DNA from: Escherichia phage Ecwhy_1 | Strand: one strand, 5' to 3' | Sequence record: MH791411.1 | Length of the DNA: 64,000 bases | Shown here: positions 9,666 through 19,210 of the stretch, one piece after another | Layout of the letters: the number at the start of each line of letters is the position of its first letter | Numbering within the stretch: the stretch's first letter is position 1 | Notes under the pieces: model-generated | Told to the model about the DNA's origin: nothing | Seen by the model: only the letters and a program-made list of their open reading frames with translations | Databases searched by the model: none | Program-made: the position numbers and the translations under genes

Positions 9666-10081
9666 ACAGTCCTCATTGTGCTAATTGCTTTTAATGTGTT
9701 AAACAATGCACCATATTTTACTTGCATTAGTTGATCCCCAGCAGGAAGATTCATACGCATAACAGACATGTCTTCAACCATTTCAGATGTACATAGTACT
9801 GCTACACATGTAGTTGCATCATTTAATCCGGCTTCATTGAATTTAGCGAATGGCACTTTTCCCTGCTTACAAAGGTCATCATAATAAGAATTTAACTTAT
9901 CATGACCACCAGCATTTAGTACTACAATAGTTTCGTGGTCATAATACCATTCATCAATAATAGTACTGAAAGCAGTACCTTCATATTCTTTAATTAGTTT
10001 TATGCCAGCATGAAATGCTTGAATGCCAGCTTGGACACCTTGACAGTACATGTTTGTTAAGCAATATAATTTCATTTCCAT
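9662..10081 (-). CDS. hypothetical protein (weak resemblance to PTH2-type peptidyl-tRNA hydrolase)
   Basis: 139 aa; pattern K-x-hydrophobic ... Q-x-x-H-A followed by hydrophobic strand resembles PTH2, by eye only. Confidence 0.45.
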   Translation of the reverse strand: MEMKLYCLTNMYCQGVQAGIQAFHAGIKLIKEYEGTAFSTIIDEWYYDHETIVVLNAGGHDKLNSYYDDLCKQGKVPFAKFNEAGLNDATTCVAVLCTSEMVEDMSVMRMNLPAGDQLMQVKYGALFNTLKAISTMRTV

Positions 10082-10299
10082 ACCTCTTGTTTTTCTACAA
10101 ACCCTTTACCATCACAATGTGGACAAGCATAATAACTGCGATAGTCTTCAGATGGAACTTGTTGTGTACCATTACATGTAGGGCACACTTTACGTGCTCC
10201 AGAAATAATACGTTCATGGTGTTCAGCTTGTTTTGCTGAATCAAAAATACGACCATCTTCAGTTTGGTATTTTTCTACCATAACTTGAATTACTTTCAT
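10072..10299 (-). CDS. zinc-ribbon protein
   Basis: 75 aa; C-P-T-C ... C-P-H-C pair. Confidence 0.45.
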   Translation of the reverse strand: MKVIQVMVEKYQTEDGRIFDSAKQAEHHERIISGARKVCPTCNGTQQVPSEDYRSYYACPHCDGKGFVEKQEVWK

Positions 10300-10309
10300 T
10301 TCTATTTCC

Positions 10310-10615
10310 TTATAAAAATGTTAAATCTTCAGTACTTAATTGTAATAATTTACCATCATATTCAATTTCAACATATACATTTTGGTCATAAACAGCAACT
10401 ACACGACTAATAACTCCACTCTTCACCACATTCTTTTTGTAGTTGAATTCAACTGAGCAACCAATAAGTTTCTTTGATAGAATCTCACGTATTTGATTAG
10501 CATGGTCTTTTAGGATAGAATTAATAGATTTTTTCACAACATATCTATCATTTAAGTATTTTTTAACTACATCATGCATATTATTACCTTTTGAAGCGGT
10601 TAAATGAGTACTCAT
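10310..10615 (-). CDS. hypothetical protein
   Basis: 101 aa ORF. Confidence 0.45.
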   Translation of the reverse strand: MSTHLTASKGNNMHDVVKKYLNDRYVVKKSINSILKDHANQIREILSKKLIGCSVEFNYKKNVVKSGVISRVVAVYDQNVYVEIEYDGKLLQLSTEDLTFL

Positions 10616-11342
10616 CTTTTTCTTTACGTAAGTATCTCATCCCACCACTTTGGGGAGTTGCAAGAGTCAAATCACCAGTTAAGAACTGACTATCAATCCA
10701 GATACGATTACCATAAATGAGTGGGTCGGATACTGCGGTATGACCACTAAAGACGCAATGGATACCATCAAGTCTAGGGACGTAATATGTGTTATTTTTC
10801 TTGCAGTAGTCGAATGTATCACGGTCCCACAAGCACTTCTCAATTATATCAGCACTAAGTGATTTTGTCCCACTAACGAAACGTTCCCATGTGGTATATT
10901 CCAAAGGAACACCAGCATGAACCAGTCCAATCTTCAATCCTCGGTGATTGATTTGGATAATCATAGGGAGATCCTTTAAGTACTGACGGAAGAACTGTAT
11001 ACCTGTCTCACCAACTTCATCAATGAACTTATCTCCACCATTTTGTACCCAACAGTGATGCCAGTCACGGTGAGTTTCAGAATCAACGCACATGATCTCG
11101 TGGTTACCAGCAATCATAAAACGGTTTTCACCGAAAAGGAATTCAAACAGTAGTTTGGAATTCTGGTCACCACGGTCAATAACATCACCTACACAAAAAA
11201 CATAGTCATTATTGGTGATACCAAATTCTTTCTTGGTAGCATCCCACAGTTTTCCATTGCCGTGTAAATCACCAACGATATATAAATCTTTATCATCCGG
11301 TACTGTAACTTCCAAAAAATGTTTCATTATTGTTCCAACCAT
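10584..11342 (-). CDS. Ser/Thr protein phosphatase (lambda PPase / PPP family)
   Basis: 252 aa; G-D-L-H-G, G-D-V-I-D-R-G, G-N-H-E motifs. Confidence 0.8.
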   Translation of the reverse strand: MVGTIMKHFLEVTVPDDKDLYIVGDLHGNGKLWDATKKEFGITNNDYVFCVGDVIDRGDQNSKLLFEFLFGENRFMIAGNHEIMCVDSETHRDWHHCWVQNGGDKFIDEVGETGIQFFRQYLKDLPMIIQINHRGLKIGLVHAGVPLEYTTWERFVSGTKSLSADIIEKCLWDRDTFDYCKKNNTYYVPRLDGIHCVFSGHTAVSDPLIYGNRIWIDSQFLTGDLTLATPQSGGMRYLRKEKDEYSFNRFKR

Positions 11343-11581
11343 ATAATGTTAGTGTGTTTTGTAACTTGTGTACCTGCAAAAGAACCATCTTTAAGATACG
11401 TATTAACTTTGAAACGCCATTCACCACCGCTAATATACATATCAGCGATAATGTACTTCCCATAACCCCTTGAGTTTATCAAACGTACTTCTTGTCCAAT
11501 ATACTTCGGCTTCAAATCATTAATAAAATCATCAGCCAAAGACATAAGATATCGCAAATGTGAATAGTCGGTGTTGAACAT
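11327..11581 (-). CDS. hypothetical protein
   Basis: Track ORF trimmed to ATG at 11579-11581 (MFNTDY) giving TAATG overlap with upstream gene. Confidence 0.4.
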   Translation of the reverse strand: MFNTDYSHLRYLMSLADDFINDLKPKYIGQEVRLINSRGYGKYIIADMYISGGEWRFKVNTYLKDGSFAGTQVTKHTNIIWLEQ

Positions 11582-11796
11582 TATTTCTTTCTCTTGAAGT
11601 GGGATATGATATCTTTTGTTATTGAGATAAAAAGATACACCATAGTTACAGGCCAAATTATAGCCATTAGTGCTGCTGATTGTAGACTCATTGCAGTTAT
11701 GATTTCATCTTTGAAACATTTCCAATTCAGTACTAGAAAGTTACATATAAATGAGCAAAACGCAACAAATCCATATATTGCAAAAAAGGTAGTCAT
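11581..11796 (-). CDS. small membrane protein
   Basis: 71 aa, two hydrophobic segments. Confidence 0.4.
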   Translation of the reverse strand: MTTFFAIYGFVAFCSFICNFLVLNWKCFKDEIITAMSLQSAALMAIIWPVTMVYLFISITKDIISHFKRKK

Positions 11797-11798
11797 TA

Positions 11799-12131
11799 TT
11801 ATTCCTCATCAACTTGAATAAGATATTCTAAACTTATTTCATCACCAAAGGCAGCGGCATCAATTGCATCGTGATTGATGTATTCTACTTGTGCAATTAA
11901 ACGTATACCGTATTTTAGAATTTCAATAATTCTCATTCTTGTATTGGAATTTATGTACTGGTAGTATGATTCATACTCTGGATCATCGTCCATTTCCGCA
12001 TATCGGTTGATGTACTCGTCAGTAAATTTTACTATCTTACCGACGAGTTCTGTTTCTGCACTTTTATAGAAATCATCTTTCATTTGATGCAACGCAATCA
12101 AGTACTGATTATATTGTGCAAGATGTTTCAT
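11799..12131 (-). CDS. hypothetical acidic protein
   Basis: 110 aa ORF. Confidence 0.45.
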   Translation of the reverse strand: MKHLAQYNQYLIALHQMKDDFYKSAETELVGKIVKFTDEYINRYAEMDDDPEYESYYQYINSNTRMRIIEILKYGIRLIAQVEYINHDAIDAAAFGDEISLEYLIQVDEE

Positions 12132-12133
12132 TG

Positions 12134-12730
12134 TTAATCACAGCTACCGGAACTTGAACTAGAGCTTGAATCACAGCTAGAGCTATCATATGAACCAGTA
12201 TCAGCAGAAGAGATATATGGCGTTACGATTGCTGCGGTGGTGGCTGCTGTAATAATATGGGAAGTATGGTCGTGTGTACCTTGTTGTGGTTCATCTTGGA
12301 CTTTGTTTTTATTCTTCCCTTTAGTATAGCGAGCTTTCTTTGTAGTTTTGGTGTTCTTTGGTGCTTTAGTACTTTTCGGTGCTGCTTTAGGCTTTACTTC
12401 ATTAACTACAGGAACAACAGTAACATTAACTTTAGGGTCAGATTCATCAAGTGCATTGTGAACATTCACTTGCATTTGAACTTCAACTTTAAGTTCTTCT
12501 TGTTCTTCAGGAATAACTTTTTCAGGTTCTGGTGTAACCTGATCACGTTTATCATTAATCATGAAGTTGATATTACGTTCACCTAGCACTAATAAAGTAA
12601 CGATGGTGAGTACTGGGGTTAGTACTAGACTAAGTAGTACATAGCCGATAACACTACGATTGTAATTGTATGCAAGCATACCTGCAATAACTACACCAAG
12701 TACACTAATAACTGCTGCGATTGTTAACAT
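12134..12730 (-). CDS. membrane protein with Lys-rich linker and Ser/Cys-rich tail
   Basis: 198 aa; two N-terminal TM helices, KPKAAPKSTKAPKNTKTTKK segment, C-terminal SSCDSSSSSSSGSCD. Confidence 0.5.
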   Translation of the reverse strand: MLTIAAVISVLGVVIAGMLAYNYNRSVIGYVLLSLVLTPVLTIVTLLVLGERNINFMINDKRDQVTPEPEKVIPEEQEELKVEVQMQVNVHNALDESDPKVNVTVVPVVNEVKPKAAPKSTKAPKNTKTTKKARYTKGKNKNKVQDEPQQGTHDHTSHIITAATTAAIVTPYISSADTGSYDSSSCDSSSSSSSGSCD

Positions 12731-13034
12731 ATTCTACTCCTTTGTATATAAATTTACCAATATCTTCGATGTATAAACAGATTCCACCTCGATCATTTAA
12801 CACAAGCCAATCACCAAAACCACAACTGATGTTGCATATATTAAATTCTTCAATACCATCCGGTGAATACGCAATGAATGGACATATTTCATCTGATATA
12901 CCATTTACATAGTTATTACATATTAAATCAAATATATGTGAACTATAAGAATTATCAGTACTGAAAATGTGCATTAATGAACTAGATAGAATTACTATTG
13001 TTTTTTCCCACATTTTTAAAAAATCGTTATTCAC
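12705..13034 (-). CDS. hypothetical protein
   Basis: 109 aa ORF. Confidence 0.35.
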   Translation of the reverse strand: MNNDFLKMWEKTIVILSSSLMHIFSTDNSYSSHIFDLICNNYVNGISDEICPFIAYSPDGIEEFNICNISCGFGDWLVLNDRGGICLYIEDIGKFIYKGVEYVNNRSSY

Positions 13035-13091
13035 AACAACTACTCCATGTCAGTGTTGTAATGAAATTATATCACCGAATCAAGATATGTC

Positions 13092-13397
13092 TCATGAGAT
13101 TCGCATTTCATCCAGATATAAACTACATGCTTCGAAATTGTTGTCAGCACTTAAACCTAAATCAACCATCAGACCACAATGCGTTCCACAGAATTTCTTT
13201 ATGTATAGTTTCTTATTGTTTGTACCTAAGTCGTATACATATTCATTTTCGAAAATAGTTTTTAAATCATTACAAATACTTTTTACTATCTTCATTACAT
13301 CATTATGATACTCATATGGTATTCCATCTAGTTCATCAATGATAATAGCAAAACCATTGTCATAGTACTTTAGTTTATTGAATGTTTGTATATCCAT
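13092..13397 (-). CDS. hypothetical protein
   Basis: 101 aa ORF. Confidence 0.45.
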   Translation of the reverse strand: MDIQTFNKLKYYDNGFAIIIDELDGIPYEYHNDVMKIVKSICNDLKTIFENEYVYDLGTNNKKLYIKKFCGTHCGLMVDLGLSADNNFEACSLYLDEMRIS

Positions 13398-13694
13398 TTA
13401 ATATATAATCTCACTTACTTCTATGGTGTAGACACCATCATCAGTCATTAATCTAACTGCAACTTTAATATTACTAGACATTCGTGTAACTATCAATCCA
13501 ATAATTATACCATTCTTTAAAGTACCATTATGGTATCTAACTTTTACTTCAGTTTTATTATCAATTAAGTATCTTCTAATTATGTGTATTTCCGTTCTAA
13601 ACAGTTCTAAATAAACTTCACTATACTCCTTATCAGAACCATCAGCACAGCTATACAATAAATGTACCTGTTCTAACAAAAGTTTTAAATTCAT
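13398..13694 (-). CDS. hypothetical protein
   Basis: 98 aa ORF. Confidence 0.45.
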   Translation of the reverse strand: MNLKLLLEQVHLLYSCADGSDKEYSEVYLELFRTEIHIIRRYLIDNKTEVKVRYHNGTLKNGIIIGLIVTRMSSNIKVAVRLMTDDGVYTIEVSEIIY

Positions 13695-14050
13695 AAGAAC
13701 CTCACAGATTTAATATTACTTGTTACATGTTTAAACACAGTGTTATCGAACTTGTAAACAATTGTATTAAGTGATTTATGAAAATTAACCTCGCACACTA
13801 ATGCCTTGGAACCATTGATTGTACAGACCGTGGATGGTAAGTTGTTTGCTAATATCTCTTTTTCATCTAAACATAGTGAACTAATACAATCATAATAGAG
13901 AGGTTCAAGAACTTTTTCAGTACTAAGAAAATCGAAAGCAAGATCATCTATTTGTTTTATGTAATTGAATAAATTTTGATAGTACTCATTCATGGTCGAT
14001 CCTCTTGAATTTAGCATTATTCGAATAAGTATATGAATGTCCAAAATCAT
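13691..14050 (-). CDS. hypothetical protein
   Basis: 119 aa ORF, ATGA-type overlap. Confidence 0.45.
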   Translation of the reverse strand: MILDIHILIRIMLNSRGSTMNEYYQNLFNYIKQIDDLAFDFLSTEKVLEPLYYDCISSLCLDEKEILANNLPSTVCTINGSKALVCEVNFHKSLNTIVYKFDNTVFKHVTSNIKSVRFL

Positions 14051-14240
14051 TTACACCATGCACATTCAATACACCGTCAATGAAATAGATTCGGTCGATT
14101 GTTAGTTCACGTTTATAATCCGAATCATCATACCAGCACAGAACACGAATACCTTTATACTTTGTAGTTAGCTCTTTTTCTAATGTAACTAAGTACTCGA
14201 TATAACTTTTGAATAGCTCTAAGTCCTGCTCAAACATCAT
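13986..14240 (-). CDS. hypothetical protein
   Basis: 84 aa ORF. Confidence 0.4.
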   Translation of the reverse strand: MMFEQDLELFKSYIEYLVTLEKELTTKYKGIRVLCWYDDSDYKRELTIDRIYFIDGVLNVHGVNDFGHSYTYSNNAKFKRIDHE

Positions 14241-14497
14241 TGTTCCTCGTATAATTCCATGTCATCAACTCCAACTTGGCGAATTGCAGTACTTCTTTTA
14301 AATGTACCTTTTTCATATAAACATACAGTTAAACGTATTTCACACTTCAATGCACTGTAATAAATCATATCAATAACACCATATGTTTCATACATTTCTA
14401 AGTATACATTTCGTCCTAAGTACTTTTCTTCTAAATCAGTAATTAGACTATTGATAAGATTACCTATCTGTGATATATCTGTGTGAAATTTATCCAT
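14237..14497 (-). CDS. hypothetical protein
   Basis: 86 aa ORF. Confidence 0.45.
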   Translation of the reverse strand: MDKFHTDISQIGNLINSLITDLEEKYLGRNVYLEMYETYGVIDMIYYSALKCEIRLTVCLYEKGTFKRSTAIRQVGVDDMELYEEQ

Positions 14498-14742
14498 TAC
14501 AATAATCCTCTCACATAAAACATTGATGAAAATAGATAATCTTCAGTACTAGAATTTAGTAGTTTATCAAAACTATATTTTTTATGCTTATTTTTATACA
14601 AAGACATTCTATAGAATCTTTCTATATTTTCTAAGTATTCATTTCGTAATAACATCTGTGTTGTTACATTCACTATAATGTACCTTAAAAGAAAAAGGGA
14701 CCAATATATGATCCCTTTTGTATTAGAAATTACCTTCAGCAA
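14497..14742 (-). CDS. hypothetical protein (start uncertain)
   Basis: 81 aa ORF overlapping 3' end of the kinase gene. Confidence 0.3.
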   Translation of the reverse strand: MLKVISNTKGIIYWSLFLLRYIIVNVTTQMLLRNEYLENIERFYRMSLYKNKHKKYSFDKLLNSSTEDYLFSSMFYVRGLL

Positions 14743-15655
14743 CTTGCATTACTTTCAACCCAAGTAGCTTACGCCACATGAATACAACTTGTGATCTATC
14801 ATCATAAACCTTTTTAACATCGTAATGATCAACCACATTTTTCATGTACAGGTCGAATTTTACAACATCATCAGGACGTTTGTCATCGATGCCTCGCATA
14901 AACAACGCATCATAAGGAACACCCCAATTCTTAAGCCACTGTTCGGTATCAGCACGACACCCTTCAGTACGCCCACTCATGACGATAATCTTGCGTTTAT
15001 GAAAAACTGCTTCAGCGATAACAGATAAAATAACTTCTTCGTCTGGTGTATCCTGGAGTACAGTACTTTCATCGAACGGGTTACGTCCCCATTTATGAGC
15101 AAGAGTACCGTCGATATCAACGATAATAGCAGCTTCTCGTGAATTACCATAGTAACCAATGTGTAATGCCTTACTATAATAGTACGTATCTGCCATAGTG
15201 TCAATGATATTATCTTGTACTGAACGCTCACGCTGGAGGTTATATTTCTTACAAAGTTTTACGAACTCTTTAATCTTAAAGAATTCATGAACATCTGCAC
15301 CACGGTCTTCATTAGGTACAAAATCATCATAGAAGTTCTTTTCTTTGTAATCATAACCATTATCTATAGCCCATACTTTCCATAGATTACGGAAATGTTG
15401 TTTAAGGTTCGTATCGGATATGATGATGTTCCAACCATTCTCTGCTGCTGAATTTGCTGCACTGAACTGTAAATTAGTTACGTACTGCTCATTAGCATCG
15501 TTGAATTTGTAAGCATCATGTGACCCAGCCATAGATTCACGAATATCATCACGGTTGATGTTGATAGTCTTGGATTTGGCTTTTTTAATCTCTTGCACTG
15601 CCCATGTAGTTTTACCACACCCAGGCAATCCAACTGTTAGTGTGATAGTTGGCAT
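14723..15655 (-). CDS. polynucleotide 5'-kinase/3'-phosphatase (T4 Pnk-like)
   Basis: 310 aa; N-terminal Walker A G-L-P-G-C-G-K-T-T, C-terminal HAD motif V-D-I-D-G-T-L. Confidence 0.85.
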   Translation of the reverse strand: MPTITLTVGLPGCGKTTWAVQEIKKAKSKTININRDDIRESMAGSHDAYKFNDANEQYVTNLQFSAANSAAENGWNIIISDTNLKQHFRNLWKVWAIDNGYDYKEKNFYDDFVPNEDRGADVHEFFKIKEFVKLCKKYNLQRERSVQDNIIDTMADTYYYSKALHIGYYGNSREAAIIVDIDGTLAHKWGRNPFDESTVLQDTPDEEVILSVIAEAVFHKRKIIVMSGRTEGCRADTEQWLKNWGVPYDALFMRGIDDKRPDDVVKFDLYMKNVVDHYDVKKVYDDRSQVVFMWRKLLGLKVMQVAEGNF

Positions 15656-15658
15656 CCA

Positions 15659-15988
15659 TTAATCCTCTAAAAATTTAACATGCTCTATATTATGATAGGT
15701 GAGCCATTCCTGTGGTGTTCCCTTGCGTATTAAAACACCAATATACGCAATACCATTAATTAGACCATTACTATCAGTATTCACATCAACTTTCACAATC
15801 TCGGAATCGTACCAGTGTTTGAATGTGTAATCCCAACATCTGACTTTCTTTCCAATAAGATTGCTCTTGTATTTGTCAATCATTTCATCGACGATAGTTT
15901 GTACTGAATTTTTAATTTCAGCTTCTACTGACTTTATATATAGTAAATTACTTTGTGCATTGTTTATCATTGTATTTCCCAATCCCAA
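15659..15988 (-). CDS. hypothetical protein
   Basis: 109 aa ORF. Confidence 0.45.
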   Translation of the reverse strand: MGLGNTMINNAQSNLLYIKSVEAEIKNSVQTIVDEMIDKYKSNLIGKKVRCWDYTFKHWYDSEIVKVDVNTDSNGLINGIAYIGVLIRKGTPQEWLTYHNIEHVKFLED

Positions 15989-16184
15989 ATCGCTTGGAGA
16001 TTTTCACAAGTACAGATTCATCACAACGAATACTAGCAGTATCATTGGATGAACTGTACTTTAATGGGGTCCACTGTAATTGAGATTCTTCTAGGAACTT
16101 GATACATCTGAAATAATCTTTCAAGGAAAGAAATTTAACTACTGACATATCCTGAACAATACTATGCTGAACTTCAACTTTCAT
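15948..16184 (-). CDS. hypothetical protein
   Basis: 78 aa ORF. Confidence 0.4.
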   Translation of the reverse strand: MKVEVQHSIVQDMSVVKFLSLKDYFRCIKFLEESQLQWTPLKYSSSNDTASIRCDESVLVKISKRFGIGKYNDKQCTK

Positions 16185-16193
16185 ATGAACTCC

Positions 16194-16451
16194 TTATAGT
16201 GGGTCGAATTTATTTTCACGTTTTGATGTATAGCGAGTTACATCATGTATTCTCGGCTTAACACCTTTTGGTTTCCTTTTCTTCTTGTATTCAGTACTAC
16301 TACACCCGAAAGTATTCTCGATTCGTTTCTTACTAATCTTCACACCTTTCTTAGAGCGTTTGTGCTGTAATTCATCGATTTCTTCTTGTATTTTCCTGAA
16401 TTCTGTCGGAGAAAGGGAACCGTCATTTTTATACTTAGGTTTAGCCATCAC
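16194..16451 (-). CDS. small basic protein
   Basis: 85 aa, Lys/Arg-rich (KKKRKPKGVKPR). Confidence 0.45.
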   Translation of the reverse strand: MMAKPKYKNDGSLSPTEFRKIQEEIDELQHKRSKKGVKISKKRIENTFGCSSTEYKKKRKPKGVKPRIHDVTRYTSKRENKFDPL

Positions 16452-16477
16452 TTCTCCTTGTGCTAGGCTAGATAGTA

Positions 16478-17620
16478 CTAAAAATCCTTTAGTACAATTT
16501 TCATGTACTTAATAAGAGTCTCTTTGTAATCGACTTTCTTATTGTTGTACATTGCAAAGGCCAAGCCCTGACGATTCAGTTCATTAGTTAAACACTCCTG
16601 AACCTTCTTAGCGAATTCCTTTCGCTCCAAGTGCTTGTGTTCCTTGACGAAGCTTTCAACTTCATCTTGTAAAGCATTATAGCACGAAAAGACTAGTTGT
16701 TCCATTCTTAATATCTTTTGGGTAGCATATTCGTCAGTACTGAACAACTGTTTTAAATCATCACTCGAACCATTTAATACAGCTTCATATAAATGGGAAT
16801 CGAATATAATACTGTCTTTCGTTAAATGCAAAGAACAATACCAGTCGGTTTTGATTTTGCACATTGTACCATTATTTAGGATGCACACAAAACCTTCAAT
16901 GTCAAGCATTTTCTTAACTTCTTCAACACTTTCTTTGAATGTAGCACGAACAGGGAAAGTGTAATGAATATCTTTACCTGTCATGTTAGTACTGTACTGT
17001 GCAAGGCATGGAAACTTGTTACGTAATGCAGAACCACATAATAGTTCACCACTCTTGCGATGGCGAACGTTTAGTACAAATATTTGTTCAACCTGGTATG
17101 GTAATACAATACGGTACTCTGGACTTGTATACTCCAGATTAACAGTATAGCCCAAACGGTCTGCTTCGTCAATGTATTGATACAAATTTTGGTTCTCATT
17201 GAGAAGACGAGTACTGTTAATCGCATGGTCTGAATACAATGCAGTATGTGATTTACAACGAATTACACCATCATTATCACGGTAAGTACTGATTACTGAA
17301 CCATCCAACTTAGGCATCACTACTGCAATGTCATCGAATGTGGTATCAGCAGGGAACATTGTAGCAGGATTTTCGTAAGCATTGAAGAACTTTTTCATAG
17401 TACGAGCAGCACAACGAATCATATCACCGTCTTCATCAATTTCCCACATAGAACCACGGGTTTCTAATGCATTGGGTTGCATGAAATCGGTATATGATGC
17501 TAGACGATAACTGAATACACGATATGTTCCACCAGCAGGACTTTTATGATCCACATAAAAGAAAGCCTCACGAGTATTACATAAGTGCATTAAATCTTCA
17601 TATATTTGTAAAAGGGTCAT
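16478..17620 (-). CDS. rnlA: RNA ligase 1 (T4 Rnl1-like)
   Basis: 380 aa; collinear with T4 Rnl1 as I recall it: FFY-x-D, TYR-x-FSY-x-x-ASY, adenylation motif K-L-D-G-S-V-I-S-T-Y, IEGFV, K-I-K-T-D-W-Y-x-S-L-H, G-S-S-D-D-L-K. Confidence 0.88.
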   Translation of the reverse strand: MTLLQIYEDLMHLCNTREAFFYVDHKSPAGGTYRVFSYRLASYTDFMQPNALETRGSMWEIDEDGDMIRCAARTMKKFFNAYENPATMFPADTTFDDIAVVMPKLDGSVISTYRDNDGVIRCKSHTALYSDHAINSTRLLNENQNLYQYIDEADRLGYTVNLEYTSPEYRIVLPYQVEQIFVLNVRHRKSGELLCGSALRNKFPCLAQYSTNMTGKDIHYTFPVRATFKESVEEVKKMLDIEGFVCILNNGTMCKIKTDWYCSLHLTKDSIIFDSHLYEAVLNGSSDDLKQLFSTDEYATQKILRMEQLVFSCYNALQDEVESFVKEHKHLERKEFAKKVQECLTNELNRQGLAFAMYNNKKVDYKETLIKYMKIVLKDF

Positions 17621-17925
17621 TTTATTACCTCTATATCTACATCTGTGCCATAGTAGGAAACGTAACCATTATCTGAATTACATTGAATTGATAACTCTGA
17701 TTCATAGTATGTTACTTTGATCACTGTTAGAACTTTTTCATCAATTTTTCCCGTTAAATAATCCATTTCACGAACACGAACTTTGGTTCCTTTTGGGAGT
17801 TCTTGTGCAATTTTATTAACAAGTTCAAAAGCAGCTTCTTCAAGTGTGTGCAACAATTGCAATCTATCTTGGATATTCATATTATTTCCACCAAGTTGTA
17901 TCACGACCACCAGACAAAGATTCAT
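17617..17925 (-). CDS. hypothetical protein
   Basis: 102 aa ORF. Confidence 0.45.
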   Translation of the reverse strand: MNLCLVVVIQLGGNNMNIQDRLQLLHTLEEAAFELVNKIAQELPKGTKVRVREMDYLTGKIDEKVLTVIKVTYYESELSIQCNSDNGYVSYYGTDVDIEVIK

Positions 17926-18571
17926 TGTACTGATGCCTGAAATTAGTATTTGGATTATTTGTCATTGTACTAATAAAATCAAATTTAACATTCTCTTGAA
18001 TGTAATTAATAACATTATCTTTAAATTTAATAGTACTGAAATCTAAATCCAAATGTTCATACAATACCGGATGACAAAACTCATGTGTACGCAACGATGG
18101 CATGGTATCCTTAATGTATTGCACAGTGTTAATCATTGCATTGTATTCAGGCATAGCACGCATCATCATTAGCTGAAAGTGTTCTTCCTCTGACATTGAC
18201 TCATCCAAATCAATAACGACTTCATCATTTTTAGAGTCATATACTTTAATGGAACTCTTGGTTGGATCAAGCATAGCCCACTCTGGATACAGGCATGTTT
18301 TCCAAAAAGGATTATTGCACTGAAACATACTAATTAGATTTTGATTTTTATCAAAAATAGCAAACCCAAGATCCGAACTTGGCTGTACTTCACATACACA
18401 AATATCATAAGGGGAGTCTTCAGTACTGAATGAACCAACTACATTTGATATATGTGAATATGGAGTTTCTCTTGATTTTAATTCAAAGGCTCTCTCCATA
18501 CGATTAACCTGTGGTTGTAATGTAATTACACCCCTCAGTACATATAAAATTCTATCTAAATCTTTAATCAA
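17882..18571 (-). CDS. hypothetical protein with family-A-like EEEHFQLMMM segment
   Basis: 229 aa; S-E-E-E-H-F-Q-L resembles the family A core. Confidence 0.5.
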   Translation of the reverse strand: MIKDLDRILYVLRGVITLQPQVNRMERAFELKSRETPYSHISNVVGSFSTEDSPYDICVCEVQPSSDLGFAIFDKNQNLISMFQCNNPFWKTCLYPEWAMLDPTKSSIKVYDSKNDEVVIDLDESMSEEEHFQLMMMRAMPEYNAMINTVQYIKDTMPSLRTHEFCHPVLYEHLDLDFSTIKFKDNVINYIQENVKFDFISTMTNNPNTNFRHQYNESLSGGRDTTWWK

Positions 18572-18575
18572 AATT

Positions 18576-18875
18576 CTATCCTCTTAGTTTAATAGTACTG
18601 GCTGGATAATCTACCATAGTACTATCTGGTAATCCTATACAGTAATAAGGAAAATATCCCATCATATTAATACCAATTAACATTCCTGTTTTATATGAAG
18701 TATTAATTTCATAGTGGTCGTCTATATCAACCGCCAGTCCATATAAGGATATGTTACAATCCTTGATGTATCGTTCAAAGATTTTATACATTGATGGGTA
18801 TACAGTTCCATTGGATTCTCTCACTACATCAGCCAACAACTTTATAGTACTGTTAATTAAATCTATACTAATCAT
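18576..18875 (-). CDS. hypothetical protein
   Basis: 99 aa ORF. Confidence 0.45.
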   Translation of the reverse strand: MISIDLINSTIKLLADVVRESNGTVYPSMYKIFERYIKDCNISLYGLAVDIDDHYEINTSYKTGMLIGINMMGYFPYYCIGLPDSTMVDYPASTIKLRG

Positions 18876-18919
18876 CTTTGTACCTGCGAAAAAAGACCAG
18901 CAAACGCTGGCCTAAAAAT

Positions 18920-19201
18920 TTAAATTATTTCATATAGACAATATACACCATCAACGCCATCACAAGGAAAATCAACATAGAAATTCACACTAACAGTATC
19001 ATAATCAATCTCAGTGATGCGTCCGGTTTTACCTACACTCTTCACGAATAGGTCAGAGCCAAGATATACAAACTCAAACTCATCTGCATACTCTTTTATA
19101 ATATCAGCAAAATCACAACCATATCTGGGATCAGTATTAATAATCTCAAGATATAATGTAATGTATTGTTCGTATGACCATGTGTGTAGGTAAAAATCCA
19201 T
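18920..19201 (-). CDS. hypothetical acidic protein
   Basis: 93 aa ORF. Confidence 0.45.
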   Translation of the reverse strand: MDFYLHTWSYEQYITLYLEIINTDPRYGCDFADIIKEYADEFEFVYLGSDLFVKSVGKTGRITEIDYDTVSVNFYVDFPCDGVDGVYCLYEII

Positions 19202-19210
19202 AACAGTTCC

